The notes under the pieces: model-generated
What the model was told of the DNA's origin: nothing
The model's database searches: none
Seen by the model: only the letters and a program-made list of their open reading frames with translations
Position numbers and translations under genes: made by a program
Source of the DNA: a virus
IMG/VR virus record: IMGVR_UViG_3300005748_000015
Coordinates: 64,194-128,193 of that record
DNA: 64,000 nt
Direction: 5' to 3' (one strand)
Shown: one piece after another, positions 18,570 to 27,294 of the stretch
Position numbering within the stretch: the first letter of the stretch is position 1
Layout: each line of letters starts with the position of its first letter

Positions 18570-21127
18570 TAATTTACCTTAATATATTTTATATTTTTAT
18601 CTGTTTCTTTGTACATTTTTATTCTTTTGTTTAAGTGAGACTCCATAAGAGGCACGTTAGTTATTTTAAAATCATAAATTTTAGAAAAAGGTTTTGGCTT
18701 GTGTAAGTCTGCATACTCACTATTTTCTAAAATTCTTACACTTCTTCCTACAGCACCTTGTTTGGTTCTTACTTCAGAACTACCGCCTACCCAATTTACT
18801 GTATTGTGCGTACAATAAATATTTGTTCCCGTTGCAATACAGCTTGTACCAATTAAAACCTTTACTACTCCACGATTAAAAGCCTCAACAGTTTCATCGA
18901 CCTTTTTAGTTTGAAGGCCAAATTTAGTAGCATCTGCTTTTGATGCAGAGTGAACGTATTCATATGGAACATCCAATCTGTCAGTTAACATTTTGATTTG
19001 CTCTAACTCTTCCACTAAAATTAAAGTTGATTCTTGAGAGTATTTCCAAGCACCATTAGCAATTTTAGCTGTAATATCAGCAATGTTTGAATTGTACAAG
19101 AATTGTTTTCTTTTGGCTTTTAGTGGGTCTTTGTATTTTTTTGAATCCTTACTTATAGTTTCAAACACAAAAAATTTAACAGGACAAATATACCCACCAT
19201 CAACCGCTTCTTTAGTTGACAGCTCATGAACTTTCTTGCCAATGATGGCCTCTAAAAGTTTATCCTTACCATCCCCTCTAACCTGAGTGCCTGAAAGAAA
19301 AAATCTATAAGGAACATTTTTAAGTACTCCATGAAAAGTGGCTTCAAGGGTATTTGCAGCATTTAGATGGCTCTCGTCACTAATGATAACATCTGCATTT
19401 GCAAAAAAATCATATTCAGGCGTACCTTCCTTAAGCATTGTCAAAGATTTTGATACGCACACTGTAAACTTTTTTCCAATCTTTTTCTTACCAGCTCCGT
19501 AAGCACCGACATGGGTTTTGCCGAAGTGGTATTCAAACTTTTTGAGCATCTCTAAAAAAATAGATTTACTTGGTGTTACAATGACAGTATTTAATCCAAG
19601 TTCACGAGCGAGTGTCAATATAATAGCTGTTTTACCTGAATTATGAGTTACAGTAAAGTCATCCATTACGTACAAATTATCGCTATCTACTTCAAAACCA
19701 AAATACTCATCTTCTGGAAGTTCCTCTACTTTAAAACCAGTTCTTAATACACTTTTTATTTGTTTTCTTTTTTTAGCCTTTTTTCTTTCTAGTAAAACTG
19801 GTATTCTATCTATATCTCCAGATATAGTAACTCTGTAATAAACACCCTCAGTTCCATTTTGACTTTTCTTTTTTTCTTCTTTCTGATATGCGGCAAAACC
19901 CAAAGACCTAGCTACAAAAAGTATATCATCGGATAGATTTTTATTTTTTTGGGTAATTTCATAATAGTTGTTACCTAAATAACCATCTGAATCAATTAAT
20001 CCTGCTAGTATTTTTAGTCTTTTTTCTTCGGAATTTACTTTAAAATCTTCTGGAATATGTTTGTTAAGTATTAAGCTGTAATGTTTTAGATTATTTCTTA
20101 ACACATTAAAACCCTTACCTCTTAATGGACTGTACATGTAAAGTGTTTTTGCTAGATTTTTTTCCGATATTTCCTCTTCTCTTATATTTAACCCTAATTG
20201 TTTTGCGTATTTAACCCATTCTTTTTTTAGCTCCTTATCCATCGTGGTCAGTGATGGCCCATCTGAGTTTCCATCTCCAAGCCATAATCCTAATATATAT
20301 GGGTCAATTGCGGTTAATTTTTCTTCAAAAACAACACCTGTTCTATATAGTTTGTATCTGTGTTTAAACGACTTCGTTTGTTTTAAATAGTCTTTAACAG
20401 AAATGTTTACAATTGGGTTTGTTCCCTTAAAATCTTTTCTTCTTTTTTTATCTTCAACTCTGTATTGTGATCGATTGTTTGTTCTTTGTAATGACAAAAT
20501 ATGCCCCATATTTACAACAAAAGACTCGCCCTTAACTGGAATTATTTTTGCCATTTTTTCTTTACCCCTGTGTAGTTTTAGTACCTTACGAGGTTTTGAA
20601 TCTGACCCCATTAACAAATCTCCAACAACAACATTTTCCACTTTTTTTAAGGAGCCGTCATACATTAATATTTTTTGACCTTTTGCGTGACACCCTGTAC
20701 ATAACTCTACACACCCATGTTTTGCCTCTATCAATTTTTCAACTGATTGCTTTTGGTACGGATACAACTCAAATGAAAGTGGTTTCCTCCAGGCTATCTT
20801 GCGAGACTCAGGATAGTTTATTTTTTCAAGCTCTTCAAAGCTAAACCCTTGTAAATAGGGAATAGAACCCGGATGAAAAAAATGACTATTCTCTTGATGA
20901 TCATATTTTAACATACAAGTTGATAATTTTTTTTCAAGTTCTTGCTTTCTTTTTCTAAATGTATCAGGGTAATTTAGCTGTAACCACTTGTTTTCTTTGA
21001 GTTTTTTTAAATTAAAAGCTACAGAGGTATCGCTATACGTCAACTCTTTACACAAGAGATTTAGCGTACTTGAGTCGCATTCTTCTATTAAGGTTTTTGT
21101 TGGTGATACTGTTTTAATCTTTATCAT
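18569..21127 (-). CDS. SF2 DNA helicase (UvsW-like) containing an intein
   Basis: Q motif LYPYQ, spliced Walker A CTG|SGKT, DESH, SGT, QGAVGRSVR; start moved to ATG 21127. Confidence 0.9.
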   Translation of the reverse strand: MIKIKTVSPTKTLIEECDSSTLNLLCKELTYSDTSVAFNLKKLKENKWLQLNYPDTFRKRKQELEKKLSTCMLKYDHQENSHFFHPGSIPYLQGFSFEELEKINYPESRKIAWRKPLSFELYPYQKQSVEKLIEAKHGCVELCTGCHAKGQKILMYDGSLKKVENVVVGDLLMGSDSKPRKVLKLHRGKEKMAKIIPVKGESFVVNMGHILSLQRTNNRSQYRVEDKKRRKDFKGTNPIVNISVKDYLKQTKSFKHRYKLYRTGVVFEEKLTAIDPYILGLWLGDGNSDGPSLTTMDKELKKEWVKYAKQLGLNIREEEISEKNLAKTLYMYSPLRGKGFNVLRNNLKHYSLILNKHIPEDFKVNSEEKRLKILAGLIDSDGYLGNNYYEITQKNKNLSDDILFVARSLGFAAYQKEEKKKSQNGTEGVYYRVTISGDIDRIPVLLERKKAKKRKQIKSVLRTGFKVEELPEDEYFGFEVDSDNLYVMDDFTVTHNSGKTAIILTLARELGLNTVIVTPSKSIFLEMLKKFEYHFGKTHVGAYGAGKKKIGKKFTVCVSKSLTMLKEGTPEYDFFANADVIISDESHLNAANTLEATFHGVLKNVPYRFFLSGTQVRGDGKDKLLEAIIGKKVHELSTKEAVDGGYICPVKFFVFETISKDSKKYKDPLKAKRKQFLYNSNIADITAKIANGAWKYSQESTLILVEELEQIKMLTDRLDVPYEYVHSASKADATKFGLQTKKVDETVEAFNRGVVKVLIGTSCIATGTNIYCTHNTVNWVGGSSEVRTKQGAVGRSVRILENSEYADLHKPKPFSKIYDFKITNVPLMESHLNKRIKMYKETDKNIKYIKVN
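19640..20692 (-). mobile_element. intein with LAGLIDADG endonuclease, 351 aa, in helicase Walker A
   Basis: Starts CHAKGQKILM, contains LGLWLGDG and LAGLIDSDG, ends VTHN before Ser+1. Confidence 0.95.
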
Positions 21128-21160
21128 ATAACTATATAGTATCACACAAAAAGTAAAAAA

Positions 21161-22105
21161 ATGATAAAAAAGCCCAAACAGATTAAGAAAGAATTGGATA
21201 AGTATGTTATTGGACAAGATGATGCTAAAAAAAAGTTAAGCGTGGCTGCTTATAATCATTTAAAAAGAATAAAAGGTCAAAAATGTAAAAAAAATAATTT
21301 ACTTTTTATTGGGCCTACTGGGTGTGGAAAAACCTACATGGTTTCAAAATTATCTAAAATAATAGACACTCCTTTTTTAACTGTAGACGCTACTAGTTTT
21401 ACCTCTGCTGGATATGAAGGTAGAAGTGTTGAAGAAATTGTTACAGATTTAATATTTATTTGTGAAGATAATCAAAAAAAAGCTGAAAAATCAATAGTTT
21501 ACATAGATGAAATTGACAAGGTTAGAAAAAATAATAAAGATTCAGATGTCAATGGTGCTGGTGTGCAACAATCTTTGCTTAAATTAATAGAAGGGTTTGA
21601 GGTATCTTACGCTTCTAAAAAATCAAAAAATGGCGAGTGTGACAGTAAGTTTGATACTAAAAATATTTTGTTTATATGCTCTGGAGCTTTTGAAGGTTTG
21701 GAAAATTTTGATACAAAATCACTAATAGAATTTGGTATGATGCCAGAATTTTTAGGTAGATTTTCTTCGGTAAGTAAGCTGGAAAAATTAAACAAGGAAG
21801 ACTATAAACAAATATTGTTGCATTCAAAAGATTCTATTTTGGTAGATTTTAAAAACTGGTTTAAAAGTGAAAACTGCGAACTGGTAGTATCAGATGATGC
21901 TATTAATTTTATAGCAGAAAAGGCTGAACAAAAAGGCTTGGGAGCACGAGGCTTACATGGCATCTTAGATGATATTTTTTTAGACATACAATTTGAATTA
22001 CCCAGTATGCTGATAAAACCTCATTTTTTTCTACTAGACAAAGAGGCTATTGAAAAAAACAAACTAAAAAAAGGGTATAGAAAAAATGAAAACTTACAAG
22101 TATAG
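21161..22105 (+). CDS. clpX: ClpX-like AAA+ ATPase lacking the Zn-binding domain and IGF loop
   Basis: VIGQDDAKK, GPTGCGKT, IDEIDK, GVQQSLLKLIEG, PEFLGR, GARGL. Confidence 0.88.
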   Translation: MIKKPKQIKKELDKYVIGQDDAKKKLSVAAYNHLKRIKGQKCKKNNLLFIGPTGCGKTYMVSKLSKIIDTPFLTVDATSFTSAGYEGRSVEEIVTDLIFICEDNQKKAEKSIVYIDEIDKVRKNNKDSDVNGAGVQQSLLKLIEGFEVSYASKKSKNGECDSKFDTKNILFICSGAFEGLENFDTKSLIEFGMMPEFLGRFSSVSKLEKLNKEDYKQILLHSKDSILVDFKNWFKSENCELVVSDDAINFIAEKAEQKGLGARGLHGILDDIFLDIQFELPSMLIKPHFFLLDKEAIEKNKLKKGYRKNENLQV

Positions 22106-22508
22106 CTCCAAATCAGCAGCTAAATTGGCCACCTGTCACCCTGATATTCAAAAATTACTAAACAAAGCTATAAAATATTACGATATAACTATCTTAGAGG
22201 GTGTTCGCAGCTTAGAACGTCAGGAAGAACTTGTACGTACTGGCATGTCAAAGACTATGAATTCTAAACATCTAAAACAAGACGATGGATATTCTCATGC
22301 TGTTGATTGTGCTCTGTGGCCAATTGATTGGAATGACCGTGAAAGATTTGTCTTTTTACAAGGGTATTTAAAAGGCCTTGCCGATGTCCTATATGAAGCT
22401 GGTGAAATTACTCATAAACTTCGCCTTGGGGTTGATTGGGATGGCGATGGCAATATCAAAGAACATTCTTTCTTTGATGGGCCGCACATTGAGCTTATTT
22501 TAGTTTAA
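22086..22508 (+). CDS. M15-family peptidase endolysin (L-Ala-D-Glu peptidase-like)
   Basis: RSLERQ, SKH...HAVD, DGPHIEL. Confidence 0.85.
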   Translation: MKTYKYSSKSAAKLATCHPDIQKLLNKAIKYYDITILEGVRSLERQEELVRTGMSKTMNSKHLKQDDGYSHAVDCALWPIDWNDRERFVFLQGYLKGLADVLYEAGEITHKLRLGVDWDGDGNIKEHSFFDGPHIELILV

Positions 22509-23050
22509 GCATAAGACTTCCAAAGCGGTCTACCCATAAACTTTTCTGCTAACTCGTAAGCATCTTTTTCCCACGGCAATGCTGTGTAGTGATATTCTTC
22601 AGCCAATTTGCCAGACTTTTCTCTGATTTTATTAAATAAGTCTACCTTAAAAGGTGCTCGTCTATGTTTTACACCTTTATATACTAAATAGTTACCACCA
22701 AATGATACCCACATTTGTCTAGATTGGATTTGTTTTACATGTACAAGTTCGTGACATGCTAAGTGTGCGATATTCATTGGACTTCTAGGGTTTACAAATT
22801 CAACAAAATTATATGGGTTAAAATACATTTGTCCTAACGTCTTATTGTACATATCGTTAAAACCACCAAATAAACCTGGTGATTCGTATCTATTTCTAGT
22901 TTTTCTCATATCAACAATAATATCTAAAAGTCGAATATCGTGCAGTTGGCAAAATTCTTTTATTAAAGCTTCGCATTTTTTTGTATTTGCTTTTGTCATC
23001 TTGTTACAAATAAAATGAATTCTAGGTTCTTGATTGTAATAATGAAACAT
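22505..23050 (-). CDS. zincin-like metallopeptidase
   Basis: HELVHVKQ...LPWEKDAY. Confidence 0.75.
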   Translation of the reverse strand: MFHYYNQEPRIHFICNKMTKANTKKCEALIKEFCQLHDIRLLDIIVDMRKTRNRYESPGLFGGFNDMYNKTLGQMYFNPYNFVEFVNPRSPMNIAHLACHELVHVKQIQSRQMWVSFGGNYLVYKGVKHRRAPFKVDLFNKIREKSGKLAEEYHYTALPWEKDAYELAEKFMGRPLWKSYA

Positions 23051-24111
23051 TATGCCACCTCCACAGTCATATTATGACCATTGTAATTTACAAATATATC
23101 TTTACGCATCATAGCTTTTATTTTGTGTAACATAATAACTTGATTGTTAAAATCTCTTGTACTTTTATCTCCACACCTGTAATAAAACTTTTTGATATTA
23201 TCTGGATGCTTTCTTAAAACCCTAGCAAATAACTGATTAGATATATCAACATCAGGACTACATCTAAGATCAAACAATCCTGTAATGTTATTATCACTAA
23301 AACCTAAAATACCACGCATAACAACTACTAGGGTATCATACTTTCCATCTTTAAAGTCTTTGACCATTGTATTGTTTTTGTCATTTTTGTGAGTTGACAA
23401 TGCAACTTTACGCCCAGACTTTTGTAAATAATATGCAACATTATTTGCTTCGTTAACAGTATTTACTGCAATCATTATTTTAGATAAATTTTGACCTTTC
23501 TTTTTGGCATGGTTGAGCATCGAATATAAAGTCTTCTTGATGTTTTTCTTGTACTCAACAGGTACAACATCCATTGTAACAGAAGAGAAAACATCGTTAC
23601 CCATAAGATCGTTTCCGCAGATGTAAGTAATTGCATATTTTTCTCCTTGTTTTTTTAACAAATTAAATTGAGATGGCGATCCTGTTAGCAAAACTTGATG
23701 CTTAGGCTTAAGTATTTTTATAATTTTTTGAACCATAGGTTTTAGGTAATACTCATGGCACTCATCAACTACAAGCAAATCAATTTTTTCTAAAGGAAGT
23801 TTTTTTATAGAATGAGGTAATCCAACAAGTACTTGAGCACCAGAATCAAACTCACCAAATGTAAAGTTAATATTAACATGAGGCTCTTGTAAACTTTCAA
23901 TGTATTGATTTTTAAGGATATTCTGTCCGTGAGTAAGTACTACCACACGTGCATCAGGATATTTTTCAATATATCTTGAGATCACAATATGTGATATCGT
24001 GGTCTTACCGGAACCTGGTGCAGCAGCAAGAACGGCTGCTTTAGTAAACATTTTAAGGGTATTCTTAAAAACTTTATTTGCTGTGTGAATTTGATAGCTG
24101 TAGTCACTCAT
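23050..24111 (-). CDS. SF2 helicase, compact
   Basis: APGSGKT, VVDECH, LTGSP, QLFARVLR; leaderless ATG 6 nt after TGGTATCAT. Confidence 0.85.
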   Translation of the reverse strand: MSDYSYQIHTANKVFKNTLKMFTKAAVLAAAPGSGKTTISHIVISRYIEKYPDARVVVLTHGQNILKNQYIESLQEPHVNINFTFGEFDSGAQVLVGLPHSIKKLPLEKIDLLVVDECHEYYLKPMVQKIIKILKPKHQVLLTGSPSQFNLLKKQGEKYAITYICGNDLMGNDVFSSVTMDVVPVEYKKNIKKTLYSMLNHAKKKGQNLSKIMIAVNTVNEANNVAYYLQKSGRKVALSTHKNDKNNTMVKDFKDGKYDTLVVVMRGILGFSDNNITGLFDLRCSPDVDISNQLFARVLRKHPDNIKKFYYRCGDKSTRDFNNQVIMLHKIKAMMRKDIFVNYNGHNMTVEVA

Positions 24112-24158
24112 AAATATATGATACCACACCTTATGGAATATGCAATAAAAAAATTGTT

Positions 24159-24662
24159 TTAATATTCTCCAGTTGCTTCGCCATCACCCTCAAGCTCTGA
24201 ACCTTCTTCATCCCACTTTTTTAGAATTGAATTTACTTTTTTTATTCTGCTATCTTTTGATTCTTTTTTTTCTTGTTTTTTATTTTGATGAAAAGATTTC
24301 AGTAGGTTAGCGTAATTTTTCTTTTCTTCTTCGCTTTTAACATACTGCTCAAGCTCATCAATACTAGCATCAAGCTCGTTAGCACCACCCTCTTCTGGAG
24401 CAGCTTGCATCTCTTCTGGTGGAGCTTCCATTCCTGGCTGCCCTTCTTCTGGTGGCAATTCTCCACCACCTTCCATGCCCGGCTCACCGCCCTGCATACC
24501 CATAGCAGCAGCTTCTTGCATTTGTTGAAGTTGCATTTCCATATCCATAATTTTTTGATTTTTTTGCCCTTCTTGTACGCCAAGTCTAAAAGCAACATCA
24601 ATTGCATTCATATATTTTGAACGTAACTCGTAATACTTTTGTCTCCAATTTACTTTAGACAT
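24159..24662 (-). CDS. low-complexity protein downstream of portal
   Basis: Q/P/E/G-rich; contains YVKSE and LLKS motifs. Confidence 0.7.
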   Translation of the reverse strand: MSKVNWRQKYYELRSKYMNAIDVAFRLGVQEGQKNQKIMDMEMQLQQMQEAAAMGMQGGEPGMEGGGELPPEEGQPGMEAPPEEMQAAPEEGGANELDASIDELEQYVKSEEEKKNYANLLKSFHQNKKQEKKESKDSRIKKVNSILKKWDEEGSELEGDGEATGEY

Positions 24663-24670
24663 ATTTACTC

Positions 24671-26512
24671 CTAATCAATATCTTCATCTAACATATCTTC
24701 TGATAACATTTTTAAAATTTCAATAGCATCAGGTCTTGATGTAAAATAAGCCTGAAGAGCATCTGGACTAGTTTGCCCTAGCATTTCTAGTTGTTGAAAC
24801 CAAAAGCCATCTCTTCTATATTTTAGCACTGGATCAACCATGTAAGCTGGATCAATCTTGTGACCTATGTAATGTGATGTTTCTAAGTATTTATCTACAA
24901 TTACTTGATATCTTTCATTAAAATCTACATTACCAGCAAGATGATTTCCAACAGGCTGTTTGTCAACATAATCAAGAACTTCATCCATATTCATGTGAAT
25001 AGGCATGTCTTGCTGTAACCTTAGTGCTTCATCTTGTCTAGTATCAGAGTCAAGGCCTGATAAGCTAATTCTACAAATTTGAGCAAGCTCAGGGTCAACT
25101 AAAGGAAAAAGTTTTTCGTTAATAAAATCTTCAAACCTTAAAATAAGCGGTCTAATACCTGTATCACGAGCAGCAGTTAATTTGTATTCGTTATTAGCTT
25201 CAGACAGTGATTGTTGGTTAGTACCTTTTGAAAGATGCCCATAGCCAGGAAGTTCGTCTGGAGACATACCAAATGCAGACAGTATGTTTCTTGCAACAGA
25301 ATCATAAAGAAATTGAAATTCACCGTCTTTCTTTTGCTGATTCATTGGCATCCATTGAACATTATCTTCAGAGCTTACACCAAAAATAGGTGTTCTGAAT
25401 GAGTTGCCTACGCTATTAATTGATGCATTAAATTGCTGTTTAATACCTTCAATTGTAGCTTGATCGATTTCATCAGACTTAATTACTATCATACCTTTAG
25501 TAGCTCTACCGTTTGCAAAATAAAGCCTATTGTATGTTTCAATTGAGATATGCGTAGTAACAGATTGCATGATTGTATCAAGCGGTGTTACAGGATATCC
25601 ATTGTGCTCAATATCACTGGACGGAAAAAGATTGCACACAAGCATCTCGTCTTGACTAAACGCCTGTCTTGGAATTCCTTCTACAACCTGAATCCATGAG
25701 TAACTGCCAGCCAACGCAGAGTCCGGGTCAATTTTTGAACCTGTCTGTTGCTCTAAAAGTTTTATAGATGACTGTCTCACATCATCAGCATACTCACCTT
25801 TTTTTACAGCTTTCATAATAGTACCAGCATCAACTGGTCTAAATCTATGAAATATTTTTTGCCCTAGATCATCTTCGTCATAAATAATTTCTGTAGCAAA
25901 CCTACCAAATGAAAGGCCGTTTTGTGATGATATATATAAATATTCTGACAAAAGCATTCTTTCTTCAGTTGCAACACCTTCGTTACTCCCACACTTAATT
26001 AAAGTATCAAGTGTTTTGCTAATTCTTTCTTGAATTTTGATTCTTTGTTCTGGCGTAATTACTTCATCAAATTCTTGTTTTAAATTACACTCAATACCGA
26101 TATCAAAACGATCTCTTCTAATACGACCGAACATTGACATCGTATTACCTCTAGCACGTAGGATAGAAGCAATCAAATGGTCTTCTTGTCTTATTTTTTT
26201 AATAGTCCAATCAGGTAATAGCTTTTTCTTGTTTTTAAAAAGACCAAAATAGTTATCTTTAACAACAGGGTCTTCTGTAAAAGCCATTCTTGGAACTGTT
26301 GTTTTTTTACTTCTTTTTGCAGAACCGCTAGTCAAGCCAATTAGGTCTGAAATACTTTGAGAAGCTTTGTCAGGATTGTCCATGTAGGACTTCATTAGCT
26401 CTCCATTAATTTCATTGGCCATACTTACAATAGGTCTTTTAACTTCTTTTGAAGCTGATTTTTCAACCTTGTTTAAATTCCATGGTCCATTTTTTTTGTT
26501 GTCGTCAGACAT
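24671..26512 (-). CDS. portal protein
   Basis: FRPVDAGTI, YFANG, KDGEFQ...ILSAFGMSPDELPG, GIRPLI. Confidence 0.9.
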   Translation of the reverse strand: MSDDNKKNGPWNLNKVEKSASKEVKRPIVSMANEINGELMKSYMDNPDKASQSISDLIGLTSGSAKRSKKTTVPRMAFTEDPVVKDNYFGLFKNKKKLLPDWTIKKIRQEDHLIASILRARGNTMSMFGRIRRDRFDIGIECNLKQEFDEVITPEQRIKIQERISKTLDTLIKCGSNEGVATEERMLLSEYLYISSQNGLSFGRFATEIIYDEDDLGQKIFHRFRPVDAGTIMKAVKKGEYADDVRQSSIKLLEQQTGSKIDPDSALAGSYSWIQVVEGIPRQAFSQDEMLVCNLFPSSDIEHNGYPVTPLDTIMQSVTTHISIETYNRLYFANGRATKGMIVIKSDEIDQATIEGIKQQFNASINSVGNSFRTPIFGVSSEDNVQWMPMNQQKKDGEFQFLYDSVARNILSAFGMSPDELPGYGHLSKGTNQQSLSEANNEYKLTAARDTGIRPLILRFEDFINEKLFPLVDPELAQICRISLSGLDSDTRQDEALRLQQDMPIHMNMDEVLDYVDKQPVGNHLAGNVDFNERYQVIVDKYLETSHYIGHKIDPAYMVDPVLKYRRDGFWFQQLEMLGQTSPDALQAYFTSRPDAIEILKMLSEDMLDEDID

Positions 26513-26520
26513 AAACTATC

Positions 26521-27255
26521 CTATCTTGCTATCATCACAAAAACTTGAACATCTTCATCATTTTCATTAATTATTTTTATATCTTCTACTTTTGTACTTT
26601 TTAAAAAATATGCTGGATTTTTTACCCCATTTACAATTACCGGATAAATATCGCCCTCTACTATATTATTTACTACAACCTTACATCTGCCACTGGCTTC
26701 TAAATACAAAAGCCTATAATCTTCTGTAGCTCTTTCAAAATATAAATCTGAATTTAACTCTTGTGCCGAGATAAATTCTGTGTAATTATAAAATACATTA
26801 ATAGTATCTCCAATTTCAACTTCTTGTTCTCCATCTATAGCAAAAGAATTTATCCATGTTATTACTGTTTCAGTTTCTTTTACTTCTATTTCAAAATCAG
26901 TATCTGAAAAAGCTAAAACTCTGTTTATTGATAATATTAAGCTTTTGGGTATTATTCTTCTAGGTATTGTTATACTTTGCCTATCATCTTCTGTCGTTAT
27001 TGATATCGATTCTTGACTAGGGATAGGTGTAGAAATTGGGTTTTGTGCCGTCATGTCTGATTCTAAAGTAAAATTTGCATTTAATTCAGAAAACAAAGTT
27101 TTCATAGTTTTAGCTTTTATAACCGCTTCTCTTGTAAACTGCTCTTGTATATTGAAGCCTTGCCAAGATATATTTTTTAGAGAACTATTGCTAGATGCAT
27201 TTAATTTTTGATCCTCAAAAATCTTTAAATCTACTAATAAATTCATTTTCGACAT
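26521..27255 (-). CDS. hypothetical, probably virion protein
   Basis: Lies between terminase and portal; AATCTTTA at 27283-27290. Confidence 0.65.
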   Translation of the reverse strand: MSKMNLLVDLKIFEDQKLNASSNSSLKNISWQGFNIQEQFTREAVIKAKTMKTLFSELNANFTLESDMTAQNPISTPIPSQESISITTEDDRQSITIPRRIIPKSLILSINRVLAFSDTDFEIEVKETETVITWINSFAIDGEQEVEIGDTINVFYNYTEFISAQELNSDLYFERATEDYRLLYLEASGRCKVVVNNIVEGDIYPVIVNGVKNPAYFLKSTKVEDIKIINENDEDVQVFVMIAR

Positions 27256-27294
27256 TATATTACCTCTAAAGTACTTGTAATTTAAAGATTAACA

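Noticed and set aside
21128-21217. N-terminal 30 aa of the helicase ORF as called in the track
   Set aside because: Overlaps clpX on the opposite strand, and a promoter sits just before ATG 21127
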